Shown: piece by piece, positions 22,138 through 35,549 of the stretch
Layout of the letters: each line of letters starts with the position of its first letter
How positions within the stretch are numbered: position 1 is the stretch's first letter
The notes under the pieces: model-generated
Seen by the model: the letters and a program-made list of their open reading frames with translations, nothing else
Told to the model about the DNA's origin: nothing
Databases searched by the model: none
Origin: Octopus vulgaris
Lineage: Eukaryota
Direction of reading: 5' to 3'
Assembly (NCBI GenBank): GCA_951406725.2
Contig: OX597816.1
Location: 76,880,001-76,944,000, forward strand
Length of the DNA: 64,000 nucleotides
Program-made: the position numbers and the translations under genes

Positions 22138-24825
22138 CATAGGTCTGTGACTATAAAATAGTTTCACATTATTGGGTGACATTCATCAATTTTTACCTGC
22201 TGATTTCAAAATTAGCAAAGAAATTATCCCTTCACTTACAGTTTCTTCACAAAATCGATCATTGCATTTTACCATTATGTCTGAATGTGACCATTATCTT
22301 TAATTGATACTATTAATTGCCAATGCGGTGAGCTTGCAGAATCGTTAGCATACCGGGCGAAATGCTTAACGGTGTTTCGTCTGCCGTTACGTTCTGAGTT
22401 CAAATTCCGCCGAGGTCGACTTTGCCTTTCATCCTATGGGGTCGATAAATTAAATACCAGTTGTGTACTAGGGTTGATGTAATCGACTATTCCACCCCTA
22501 CATACCCGAAATTTCAGGCCTTTTACCTATAGTAGATAGGATTATTACTATTCATTGCCATAGCTAAAGAGACTATAGGTGTCATTTTGAAAAATATAAA
22601 CATCTGACAATGTATAAACTGCTCCAGTTACTCGCAAGCAATGGGGAGAGAAATACATGCTTTAGAAAGACACGTTACTTAGCTTAAAACGTATCGTTTT
22701 TTTTTATTTCAGTTAGTTCATCGTACCTTTATTCTATGTATATATGCTATATATTTTGTTTTATTGTATCATGTGTTATATTTCAATGCTTATTTAATGA
22801 CGTGTATACATTTAGATGTTAAATCAAATATATGCTGTTAAAACGTGTTCCCTTGACCTTTCTATACAGACTTCCACGTTATTTGAAGCAAGGATGTCTT
22901 CTAGAAGGTGGGCAGTAATCTCGGAAAATTTATATTACTTTCATGGCGAGTTTATGACTAAGAAACGTCAGAGAAAAGTTACAGAATTAATCAAAAAATT
23001 TTACTATGCCTATTTTATTGTGAAATTAGGAGACCAAGATAAGAAGTGGGCTCCTCATAAGACCTTCTCAATTCGTATTGATGAACTAAGATATGGACAA
23101 AATGTACGAAGAAATCTTTTCGTTTGGGGGTTCCAATGAAATGAAGAAATAAAAATCAGAGTGATGATTGCTACTTTTGCTCATGTAAAGTGCAGGGATA
23201 AAAAGAGTGGGAAAAGCATTGTTTATCCAAATATCCAATCTGCATTGCAAACTGCTGCCCATAGACCACATATTCTAGTCCCATCACCATCAGGAAATGT
23301 TGAAGTCATACACTTGTATGCTGAATCAGGAGGTAGATATAACAATAACAATGAAGACTTCAACAGCAGTGAAGGTGAAGAACCGCAACTATTCAACCAG
23401 TGTGATTAACTGATTTAGTGACAGACTTAGGGCTCACAAAGGAGTTAGCAGAGAATTTAAGTTCCAGACCGAAATCCAAGGATCTAAAATATCCTCGTGC
23501 ATCATTCTGTAGGTATCGTAACCTGAAAAAAATTTGTTCCGTGTTTCGCTCAAGAAAATTATTTGGTTTATTGTGCAGACCCATCTGCACATTATTGTTT
23601 ATTGTACAGGACTAATTAAAAAGTTTGGTATAAGTTATAGCCCTGATGAACAGAAACTCATTATTGATTCCTCAAAGAGAGCTCTTAAAGCTGTTCTGTT
23701 GCATGATGGTAATAAATAAGCTTCCATCTCTGCTAGACACTCACTGATCATAAAGGAATCATATGGACATTTGGTGTCACTCTTACGCAATTCAAAGATC
23801 ACCAATGGATGATTTGCGGTCACTTGAAAATAATTTGCATGTTACCTGGACAACAGTTAGGCTACACAAAATGTCCTTGTTCCATGCATGGATGGAACAA
23901 TATTGCCAGGAACTTCCATTGATCTAAAAAAAGAACGGTCAAGTAGGAATACGTTTACACCAGGAACATCGAATATCCTTCGAGTAAGTTTGTTGATCCG
24001 GAAGGTGTTTCTTTGCTTCCTCTACATATAAAATTTAATCACGTGAAGCAATTCGTGAAAGCTTTGCAATAGGATAGAGAGGGTTTCAAGTATCTGTGTA
24101 GCAAGTTTCCTACTCTATTAAACACCAAGTATGAAGAGGGTATATTTGTAGGATCAGATATAAGGAAACTCATCAAGGACGGAAAATTTTGAAAACTCTT
24201 AGTGATTCTGAAAATATATGCTTGGATTAGTTTTCATGATGGATGAAGAGCTTCTTGAATAATCGCAAGGATACAAGATACAAAGACATAGTGGCAAGAA
24301 TGCTGGCAAAGTTTAAGATATTATGATATAGAATGAGCATTAAAGTTAATTTCCTACATACCCATTTGGATTTTTTTCCGGAAAATCTGGAGGATGTGAA
24401 TGAGGAAGAGAGGGAAATGTCTCATCAAAACATAAAGGAGATGGAAAGAAGATATAAGGGGAGTTCGAATATCAATACAATGACTACTGCCGGATGTTGC
24501 AACGTGAATATCTATCAAATGCTCACAAGCAAAAGTGTTCCAGGCATAGTTAGTTTTCCAGTGAAAAAGAAGGTTTTGAAGTGCTGTACCTAAAAAATAG
24601 ATGAAACCATTGTTAAACATTTTTTTTATCTTTCAATTGCATTCGTGCCCTTTTATTTTGCTAAATAAAGTACCAAAATTATTTTTACTGTTTTTATTTT
24701 TGTACCATCATTTGCAGATTTACCTACAACTTATGATATATATTATCATTAGATTGTGAGAAAATATGGGTAATGACATTCAATTATCAAAGCGATTTAC
24801 AAAATTTCCAACTCACAGACCTGTG
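22138..24825 (+). mobile_element. Decayed Chapaev3-like (CMC superfamily) DNA transposon with TIRs
   Basis: Transposase remnants KLGDQDKKWAPHK, IVYPNIQSA, DLGLTKE, IDSSKRALKAVLLH, PLHIK, MSIKVNFLHTHLDFFPEN, HQNIKEMERRY; TIRs CA(T/C)AGGTCTGTGA at 22138 and 24813-24825; flanks CGA/CAA. Confidence 0.75.
22323..22550 (+). mobile_element. SINE family B inserted in the Chapaev-like element
   Basis: GAGTTCAAATTCCGCCGAGGTCGACTTTGCCTTTCATCC core; GGATTATTA tail. Confidence 0.8.
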
Positions 24826-25290
24826 CAATTGAAGAGTATTGAAAATATAGTGATATAAACAACTCAGGTAATATAGACGTGAGATGGAATGTCATACATT
24901 TTAAATAACATCTTTACTTCTCAGATAACATCATGTTGGGTGTGTTCTTTTCGACTCAAAATGTGTAACCAAATGCCTCAGTGAAAAGGATTAGCATCTA
25001 AAGTGTATGAGAAAACAGAGATAATATTTTATTATCTTCGTTCCATATCAGTGTAAAGTTAATAAAATCGCTAAAGTAAGGTCGTGTCATGTGAGAATTC
25101 CTTATCTATTTATATCTGAATTTGGAAATGTTCGAGAAGAATTATTTAATTGTACATCGCACTTCTGTTACAATACATACTTGAATATAAATAATATAAT
25201 ACAATATAAATAATATAATACAATATAGAGAGATAGATAGATAGATAGATAGATAGATATATAGATAGATAGATAGATGTATATATATAT

Positions 25291-25369
<79 letters not shown>

Positions 25370-25426
25370 TATTTGGAAATGGATGCGTGGCTTTCAGTCA
25401 GATAATAATATCAATAATATAAATTT

Positions 25427-25740
25427 TATATATGCGCATAGGGATTCAGGATGTCACAAACAGTAAACAACATGAAATACGAAAACCAGCGAGTTAAATA
25501 CGCAAAAAATAAAAGAAAATAATGGAAAACAAGACAAGTAACATAAAGAACGAACCTTGTTCCGTGCTTGAAATGAGGAGTAGATAGGCAGCAGACAACT
25601 GATGACGGGTCGTTCTTTATGTTACTTATACTGTTTTCCATTTGTTCCTCTCGTTGCTTGCATATTCAACTCATTTGTTTTCGTATTTCATGTTGTTTGC
25701 TGTTTGTAACGTCCTGTACCCATATGTACATATTTATATA
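25427..25740. repeat. Imperfect ~127-bp inverted repeat (foldback element)
   Basis: 25427-25553 is the reverse complement of 25610-25740 with scattered mismatches. Confidence 0.75.
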
Positions 25741-25925
25741 TATACATACATACAAACACAATATTTATATATCACCCGAGGAATCACAACTAGATCTCAT
25801 AATGCAGGGAAACAGTTGCATAATCAAGTATCTGCACACCTGGAGAACTACGTAGCGTCGAAACAATTATAATGAATAAAAACATATCTCCAACCGTACT
25901 CCTTGTTGACTCCAATTTCATCAAT

Positions 25926-25990
<65 letters not shown>

Positions 25991-26699
25991 GAGTATGTGG
26001 GTCTATATAGTAGTGCATATACACATTTATATGCATATGTTTTTGCGTGCGCGTATATACGTATATAGATATATATACATAATTTTCTTTCCCTCAGTGA
26101 TTCATCAGCCCTCACTATCACTTTAGCTAATACAATAAATGCCTCGGTCTATTTTTAGAAACTTAACCATTATATCTTATTATTCTTCCTTTTCTTTTTG
26201 AGGTTTACTCCTCACTTGTAGTACACACAACATACCATTTTTTTACTTATCTCTCCATCTTAGTGCCTTTCAAACATATCACCTCACCTCGATCGTCTGA
26301 CACAAATTCCTCCCTTACATACTTCTTTCTTCTTTCTTTCCCTCCCCTATTCCTTTTATCTACTGATAGCTCTCCTCTACCGCCTCACAATATCTTGACC
26401 ACCTCTAGCATTCCTTTTTTTCATTTTCTCTTCCTCCTTCTTTGTTTCTATCTTTCTTTTTCCCTCCCCTATTCCTTTTAACCAATACCATTCTCCTCCT
26501 TCTAGCATACATATCTCTTCTCTCCGTCCACTTACCCCTACTAGGACTTTCTTAAGATTTCATTCACACTACAAGACTATCTGAATGAAGTGCTAAACAA
26601 GTGCTTATCAGGAAACAAATACAAATAATCAGAAAATAGAGAATAACGCATACAAATAGTAGCCCCTGATAGTAAAATGTAGCCTTTCCTATATTGTTT

Positions 26700-27680
26700 G
26701 CTCTCTTTACCCTCCAGCACCTTTTATACCAAGGATGTATTTGTCGGCACTTGCTAGAATTTGGACTTATTGCTACTAATAACTTATTGTTCTTTCCTCC
26801 ACTCACTGCCCTTCCCACACTTTAAATGGATATTAATAGCCCTACATATTTGGGAACAATATCACCCCAATGCTTGATATATTCATCTTATTTCATTTTA
26901 TTTTTTATTATATGTAATTTTTTCTTTATTTTATTGTACACTTTGACCATCCTCTCCCACCTTGTATTTGCTACTATGTTAGTTGAGCTTACCAGCAGAT
27001 ATTTGTAAAAATTTGATGTACTATGTAGAACTGTAAGAGTAGCCTGTTAATTGAAATTGTATATCTGCACCCACTTAGAGGTAATATATTATATGATAAT
27101 AATTTTTAAATTATTAGATTTATTGATAGGAATAATCTGATTTTAGGGTAATGTAATATAAGCACAGACTGTTGATTGTAATAGTATTTTTGCACCCACT
27201 TGGAGTTAATATATCTAGTTTATAATTTTAAATTTTAAATTATTAGATTTAATAGGTATTTCCTTCTAATCTTAGGGCATTTGTTATTGCAGTTAATGTA
27301 GTTTTAGTAACGTTTGAATTACGGAAACTTTACTCATAGTACTAATTTGCCTTTGGACTCAGTATTAACTGTACCCATATTGTACTAATATACTCTTTTA
27401 AATATAACTTTAATGACTATGTAAGCTTATTATGCATATTTAGTATACTGTGGCAACTTGTAAGTTCTATAAATTGATAATAATTAACATGTGATTTGGT
27501 CTTAAATATTAACCGCCTAATTGTAAGTGCCTTTTTATTTGTGCATTGTAGTGTAACTATAAGATGGATTTTTTTTTTGCGTACCTGTATATATCTAATT
27601 ATTACAATTCGCTATATATGAGGTTAAATCCAAATTCATTTCCTAGTAGCCTTAATGAATCCCTGAATTACCTGTACTAG
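26700..27680 (-). pseudogene. Very decayed Penelope-like RT-thumb/endonuclease remnant
   Basis: Faint WFNP..YS, IF..K and SKCR-like motifs on the minus strand; AT-rich; internal duplication at ~27060/27190. Confidence 0.3.
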
Positions 27681-28954
27681 TTGCCTCCCCTTAACTACAA
27701 CCCGAGGCTACTTACTCTTTTGACCGTTCCCTCATGCATGTTATAACGTTAAACTGCTGAAAGTAATAAGCAGCACCGCACCACTTATATCATTATCTTC
27801 TCCCCCGAATCTTTTTTCTTCTCTTGTTAATTTTTATAGACATATTCATTGTAACGGTTTTAACTTGTGACCTCGGTGCAAATTGTAACTGATCAATTGT
27901 AGAGACAACAGTTTGCAGTAACCAGCTATTCCTTTCCATGTTATTATTTGAGCTTCAATTTAAACCACTTGCATTTATGTGAGAGACAAGGGTTTACGTC
28001 GGTAGAGAACATATAATTAGCAGTTTGTTCCGTTGTTATACATATAGACCACAGTATCATTAGATACACGTCTAATAAAGTAAATCCACAGAAATAACAG
28101 CTAACGTGAATTGGATTTCATCCTTTCATCTGTGTTTGGAGAACATAACAATCAATTAATGTGTTCTTCCCACATTCTCCCCGTTCTCCCCACCTCTTTC
28201 GCTCGCTATATTTTTCTATTTACCTTCCTCACTAGAGTGTTAAAAGTTAAATCTCGTTAAATATCACTATTCAAATATTTGCTGTTTACTGTAAACCACC
28301 CACTTTACGGCCATTATCATTTCGAAATACAGCGCTATGAAATTAATTTAACGCAATTCAACAAATTATGTTTACGACATAAAATACAGTCAAACCGTTG
28401 CCTCAAAGCAGGGTTCAATTAAAGCATTTTTGAAAACATGTTCCATATTTCGATAACAAAAGCAGATCAGTGTATCCATCTCAACAGGAAATTTCCAGAA
28501 TCAACAACAGCAATATCAACAAGAGAAATAATGGAAGCAATATTAAGAAAAACATTAATTTGAAGAATAACAGCAAACTTTTAGTAAAGTGTTATATATT
28601 AAAATTTTTCTATAAAAGTATGATATTTTCAGTTAAACGCTCTGCGAGAAACAAATTAAGCACAATTAAACCATTGGAATCCTTCAATATCTTTAATGGG
28701 ATAATTCCATCAAAGTCTCAAGAGAAGATATTTAAGTGTGAAACTTTATGAAATTATACTAAAACAATAAATATAAGTATACGTGTTATTCACTAAACCC
28801 TATGAGTTTTATATCGCACATTTTTATAGTATTAGAAAGAGAGAGAGGGTATATTTTGACGTTTAATTAAAACTCTAACATTGATTAAAACACACACTTA
28901 GTAATATAAATACGTACATAAAACATAGTACACACACGTGGATTCATATATATA

Positions 28955-28998
<44 letters not shown>

Positions 28999-29480
28999 TG
29001 TTTGCGTGTGAGGGGGGATCATCAGTTCAGACTGCAAGCGTTAGCTCTATATGATATTTGCCTACACAAACCTATGAAAAGAAAAGAGAACTAGCCTTCA
29101 CGAGTTACCTGAGTCGCGGATCTGTTGTATACCGTACGATCGCGTTAACTTAGCCGTCAGATTCTATCTGATTTTCGCTTTGACTGGCGAAAGCTAGTAA
29201 CCTTTCCACATGATGATCAGAGATATACATTCACGGCAGATAGGGTACCCCATTCTGAATTTCAGGGATATGAATCGCATTAATATACGGTATTTGCGAG
29301 AATAATAAATATATACATATACTTATATACACATATATTCATGTGTTCGTGTTTTTGTGCGTTCGTGCGTGCGTGTGCATGCGTGTGAGTGTGTGTCTGT
29401 TTCTCTGAAACGATCGTAAGATGCTTTAAATACTTAATTCAAAACTTTTAAATTATCACATACATTATATATTTATACTT

Positions 29481-29812
29481 GTGAGGGCGCGTGGCTTAGT
29501 GGTTAGGGCATTCGGCTCATGATCGTAAGGTTGTGAGTTCGATTCCCGGCGACGCGTTGTGTCCTTGAGCAAGACACTTTATTTCACGTTGCTCCAGTCC
29601 ACTCAGCTGGCAAAAATGAGTTGTACTTGTATTTCAAAGGGTCAGCCTTGTCACTCTCTGTGTCACGCTGATTATCCCCGAGAACTACGTTAAGGGTACA
29701 CGTGTCTGTGGAATGCTCAGCCATTTGCACGTTAATTTCACGAGCAAGCTGTTCCGTTGATCGTATCAGCTGGGACCCTCGTCGTCGTAACCGGCGGAGT
29801 CTTTTTTTTTTA
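29481..29812 (+). mobile_element. tRNA-derived SINE (family C head, different tail) with TSD
   Basis: A-box TGGCTTAGTGG, B-box GAGTTCGATTCC; ATATTTATACTT duplicated on both sides. Confidence 0.85.
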
Positions 29813-30654
29813 ATATTTATACTTATACATATTTATATTTTTAATACAATAATTATTTCTTCTTTCTGAAGAATTTCTAATATTGATTTTCTGTTATTAA
29901 TAATAATATATTATTATAAAATATATATATATATTTATGTATTTATAAAAGATTTCAGAGACACCGGAATGTAATGACGTTTTTCAGCCACAAAAGTGGT
30001 TTTCATTCAAGAATCAAACTGCGTACTACATGGCTTAAGAATTGGGCATGTGTTTTCGGTACGTATTACAGCTACATAATTTTGCATTCTTTAGAGATCC
30101 TACGGACGAGCTACGGATACCAAATTAATTTATTTGGTCAGTAATAGCAAAACTCGAGTATAGGACTAACTAACTTTCTTATTCACTCTAGTGCCTATCA
30201 GCCACGTGCCCTAAGAATCCCTTTCTCTGTGGTTTAACTGCAATTTTTAGTATGTCAGAAAGTCCTGTCTAGGGTCTTCCCTTCGTGTATAAATCTTTAT
30301 ACACTATTAAATATGTATACATAATACCATAAAATATCAATATTATTATTAAATTTGACAAAGGAGAGATCCAATGGATACAAATCAATTTATTAATTAA
30401 CACCTTCACCTGCAATTGTTTTATTTCGCACCCAATTTAAACTACAAAACATAAGAATATAATCTTGCATTTCAAAATAACTTGGGAGGAAAAGCATCAG
30501 GATATGAGAAGGACAATACAAAGATTACATTATGATCTGTTGGAATACTCCAGGATACTACGAATGTGTGTGCACGCATGTGTTAAAATTATTACTTTTA
30601 TTTTTAATTAAACAATGCTAATAATAACCATGAATAATGAGTTACAGTATATAT

Positions 30655-30852
30655 ATTTCTTTACTACCCACAAGGGGCTAAACATAGAGGGGGGCAAACA
30701 AAGACAGACAAAGGGATTAAGTCGATTACATCGACCCAGTGTGAAGCTGGTACTTTATTTATCGACCCCGAGAGGATGAAAGGCAAAGTCGACCTCGGCG
30801 GAATTTGAACTCAGAACGTAACGACAGACGAAATACCGCTAAGCATTTCGCG
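30655..30852 (-). mobile_element. SINE family B
   Basis: Reverse complement of the body and CCCCTTGTGGGTA tail of 51587-51818. Confidence 0.8.
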
Positions 30853-31619
30853 TCCTTTAACGAAGCAGTTCAGTAAAAAGTGATCGAAACAAAAAATACT
30901 AGGCTTTAAAAATTAAGTACTGGTATTGATTAGTTCTGCTAAGCTCTTTAATGTAGCACCCCAGCATGACTGCACGCCAATGATTGAAACAAGTAAAAGA
31001 TCAAAGATATGTGGTTGTCTGCATATATATTTAAAGAAAGTGATTTATAGTGGATATATGATCTAAAGTTTACAACAGCGGTTATATAAATATACATACG
31101 TGTAAACTTATCTTGAACATAATCAGTGTATAGTAAATCGTCTGAAGCGAAGCATATCTCTGTTAAACTTAGATTATGATTTATGAGAATTAATGATTAA
31201 ATGGTCTTACACTACTGTTTTTCTCCTTTCAATAAGCACAATCGGTCGCATACATGGTACCAAATCAGAATAAAATCGGTAATATATTTGTTATACCTGT
31301 GAACTTTGAGCGTTTAAACGCTTTCAACTCTCAGGTATCGATCCCTCACCTGTTAATGATAATATAAAATAAAATGAAATGATGTTGTTTATAGGTTTTG
31401 TCTGTATTTCATATATAATGTGCTATAAATTGTTTCATACCAAAATGCATTTTATATAGTATGTTTTCTTTCATTGCGATTAATGTTGCATATTGCTCAT
31501 ATTCAGCCGGTTCGCACTAGACTTGATTTTTTACGCAATTTTTCAGGAAAATATTGATGTATTGGTGAGCGGCTTTACAGATCATGAAGATTAAAGTTGT
31601 TGTTGAGAAAAAGTAAACA

Positions 31620-32830
31620 AACATGGAGGACTGGAAGCCATTTGAATAGTGGTAAAACGTTACCTAATAAGTCGTGCTGGCTATTAAAATGCTGATATGA
31701 CTGCTGCTCAATGTTCTGTGAACGCACGCAGTAAAAATTATAAGGCATGACTTGTGTAACTGAAACAAAGACTATAAAGTTGTGGTCAGCAGGTGGCCAA
31801 CAGGAAGGGACATAAAAGGCATTCTGACTACGCCTGCCCGTCGGAATTCATCCAGCAACCGTAGAACAATGTTATGGAAGATTCAAACAAGGAAATCCGA
31901 GCTCTGGCGAGAGATTTGGGTGTTGGAGTCGTCGCCACCATGAAACTGTCTCTGGATGATGATCTTCTCTAACACTCGTGCAAGAGACGCAAAAGGGTAA
32001 GTCCCGAGATCGAAGGGCAAGGAGAACCGCTTGACGAAACAAAGAAGCTCCTGAACACGCAGAGGCATCCTGTTAAGCCGGGGAAACTCTGGTTCTTCTC
32101 AAATGAAAAGAACCTCTGCTAGGACTTGTTGCATAACGCCTAAGACAACATATGGCTCGCCTAAATCCATGTGATGTCTTACGTATTTTGAAAATCGAGT
32201 TCCCTCAAACACCACAAACTCTTGAAAATCGAGTTCCCTCAAACCCCTCAAACGGTGTTTTGGTGTTTCACCAATGAGGGTGATATCATGCCTCCCACAC
32301 CTTTGAACAGGTCCGTTGATTCAATGTAGACGGCAATGTGAAGGTGTTGGAGACTGTGGTCAAACCGTGGCTGGAGAGGGTTGCTGCTGGAAGGCCATAT
32401 GCGAGGTATAAGGATTCATCTTCTTTCCATACCTCCGGAAAGAGACAGTAGTGGTTGTCGGAAAAAATTCTTGGACGAAACTGACACCAATATCTGGCCT
32501 CTTAATTTCCCCAAATGTAACCCTACAGATTACAATGTTTGGGGTGCAGTTAAGAAAGACTAATCGTTCTACATGAAACTGCATGGCCGAGGTTGTGGCA
32601 AATATCAAGGAGGTTTTCGGAGTTCCTCCCAGAGACACATAAACTTATACACCAGATTCCGTCTTGAGACCTTGATGGAAACTGAGAGTGATTACTTCGA
32701 GTAAACTCTTATCTGTCAGCCATAATCTGGTTGCTGTTTTTGATTTTCTAAAATACTTCAAATTTTAAATGGAATATTGTTTTCTTTAATTTTAAAGCAA
32801 ACTCTCGAATTTAGCCCGAACACGCATGCA
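31620..32830 (+). mobile_element. Decayed Tc1/mariner-superfamily (maT/DD37D-like) transposon
   Basis: FFSNEK, GDIMPPH, VLETVVKPWLERVAAG and NIWPLNFPKCNPTDYNVWG (WPPxSPDxNPxDY-like); ends uncertain. Confidence 0.7.
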
Positions 32831-33026
32831 CACACACACATACACACACACACACAGACACACACACAATATATATATCAATATAACTTTATCGACCAAA
32901 CTATGGGATGTTGTTTTACGTCTCTAGTTACAATGCGGTTCCTCGCATTGATGTACTTTTCGAAGGGTGCAACTATTCTGGCTAGGTAACAGACGAATAT
33001 TCTCCCAGCAAAAATACACAGATATA

Positions 33027-33085
<59 letters not shown>

Positions 33086-33849
33086 GTAGATACAATGCTT
33101 TAGTCAATGGAAAAACAATGCCCATATTTCATTTAGAAAAGTTCCGAAGCTGGTGATCGAGTGGTAGATATTTTTAAAACGGGAATTTGTACGAAATCCT
33201 TGCAAACTTGAAAGCGGAATCTACTAAAGGGTGGTGGTGTTAAACCGAAAGACCCAAGTAGGACATCATGAGATTTCAACTTTCAATATGTAAACAGTTG
33301 GAAGACTGACACTCTCGATTGACTCTTTTTAACGACCTAAAGAAGATGAAGCTGAATGGGAGTCAGCGTATAGAGAACAGAAACAAATATTGCGACGTTT
33401 TCCGTCGGCCGCCTGTTCTAATGACTCTGCATGTTTTGCCTATACATACATACATACATACATACATACATACATACATACATACATACATACATACATA
33501 CATACATACATACATACATACGTACATACATATATATATGTATTATATTTCTACCGTTTTAGTTAACGGATTGCAGCCATCCTGGGGTACCAACTTTAAT
33601 GGTTTGAGTCGAACAAACTGACCCCAGCACATTTTTGTTTCATGTTTGGTATTTATTCAATAGGTCACGTTTGCCGACCCTCTAAGTTACGAGGATGTAG
33701 ACAAACCAAAGCCGGTTCTCAGGCGATGGCGCGAAGGCAAACACAAATAAAGACACATACAATCACGTCGTTGCAAAGTGGACCCAACCGTTTAACCATA
33801 TACCTACGTTTGGACCAATAAGTCATATATATATATATATATATATATA

Positions 33850-34080
33850 TATTCCCAGACCGGGCGTTGTGAGTGTTTATTGAGCGAAAACACCTAAAAC
33901 TCCACGATGCTCACGATGCTCAGGGAGTACATCAATGCGAGGAACCGCATTGTACTCTTTGGCCACAACCTTCTCTCACTCTTTCTTCTATTGGCCTGCC
34001 CGCTTAGCCAGCAGGGTGGAGTCGTTTCAAGGCTAAAACAATGCGAAGCGCATTGTGACCAGCGATATGTAGTAACATAT
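33850..34080 (+). mobile_element. 5'-truncated SINE family D
   Basis: ATTCCCAGACCGGGCGTTGTGAGTGTTTATTGAGCGAAAACACCTAA matches the minus-strand copy at 40087-40260. Confidence 0.7.
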
Positions 34081-34489
34081 ATGCATGTATGAATATGTGT
34101 TCAAAATATTACTTTTATTTAAGAAACTGCTAACTTAAAGCTATGAGAATATATTCGTATCTCTTTGCACCCTCCTCCCCGTTAGTTATGTGTAGTAGAA
34201 GAATAATTTTCCACTATCTCCGACGTGGATATGCTGAAAGGAAATTTCTGCAGTGGAGGTAGGAAAAGTTAACAATAAAACATTTATAAATGCGTACGCC
34301 AGACACCCACGCGCGAACGGACACACATACACGCACACATACACACGCAAACACACAGACACGCACATACGCATACGCCCAAACGCGCGCACACAGAAGA
34401 CCATTTTCATATACGAGGCTAGGGGCACACATCCGCACACATATAAGCACACTCACATGCACTCAGTTATAAGTATACATAAATACTTT

Positions 34490-34527
<38 letters not shown>

Positions 34528-34528
<1 letters not shown>

Positions 34529-34994
34529 TGTATACACTTATGTGTTACTTATCCAATATCACTTAATTTATCTTTCACACTGACTTCCTTATACGCACAC
34601 TTAACTCCCAATCGCTCTAAACACGCATGCACATTCACACACATACATACATACATACATACATACATACATAGATACATACACACACACACATACATAC
34701 ATACATACATACATACATACATACATACATACATACATACATACATAGATGTATACATAAAAAGAAGAGAATGAGAGAGAGACAGTGAGAGAGAGAGAGA
34801 AATACGAATGATTACACACACACACATGCACATACACACACATACACTCATACATATACATGTATACACTTATGTGTTACTTATCCAATATCAATTTATC
34901 TTTCGCACTGTCTTCCTATATGCACACTTAACTCCCAATCGTTCTATACACGCGTACAGATTCACATGCAGACATACATACATACATACATACA

Positions 34995-35052
<58 letters not shown>

Positions 35053-35285
35053 CATATATATATATACATACATATATATATATACATACATATATATATA
35101 CATATATATATACATACATATATATATATATATATGTATATATGTGTGTGTATGTACATGTCTGTGTGTGTGTGTATGTACATGTCTGTGTGTGTGTGCG
35201 TGTGTATATATTTATATATATAATGTGTACATAAATAAGGGAAGAAACTGAGAGAGAAACGCGAATGATTACACACACACACACA
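34528..35285. repeat. Tandem duplication of a microsatellite-containing unit
   Basis: TGTATACACTTATGTGTTACTTATCCAATATC...CTTAACTCCCAATCG at ~34530 and ~34861; both units end CGAATGATTACACACACAC. Confidence 0.8.
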
Positions 35286-35549
35286 TATTATACATGATTA
35301 GAACTTGGTGAGATAGGGGCGAAAATCGATGAAACCATCTGAAATTGAGTGCAGGTGAGAAAGCGATTGTGTGTAAAAGCGACAATAGAGGATCAAGCAC
35401 GTGCTGTCCATAACCACCACCGCTACAAATGGCAGTAAAGGCAAGCATGACATAATTACAAAGAAACCATTTACTTCTGTAAAATTCGTATTTTAGGAAA
35501 GCATTACCGACATTATTTTTTGAACATGCTAGGAGCTGATTTGGTTTTA

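Noticed and set aside
25599-25620. CTGATGA as a hammerhead core
   Set aside because: No stem II closed by GAAA follows
29481-29555. tRNA genes at SINE heads (also ~3290-3360, 40190-40260, 52425-52496, 57151-57225)
   Set aside because: A/B boxes are present but no full cloverleaf; they continue into SINE bodies, some with TSDs
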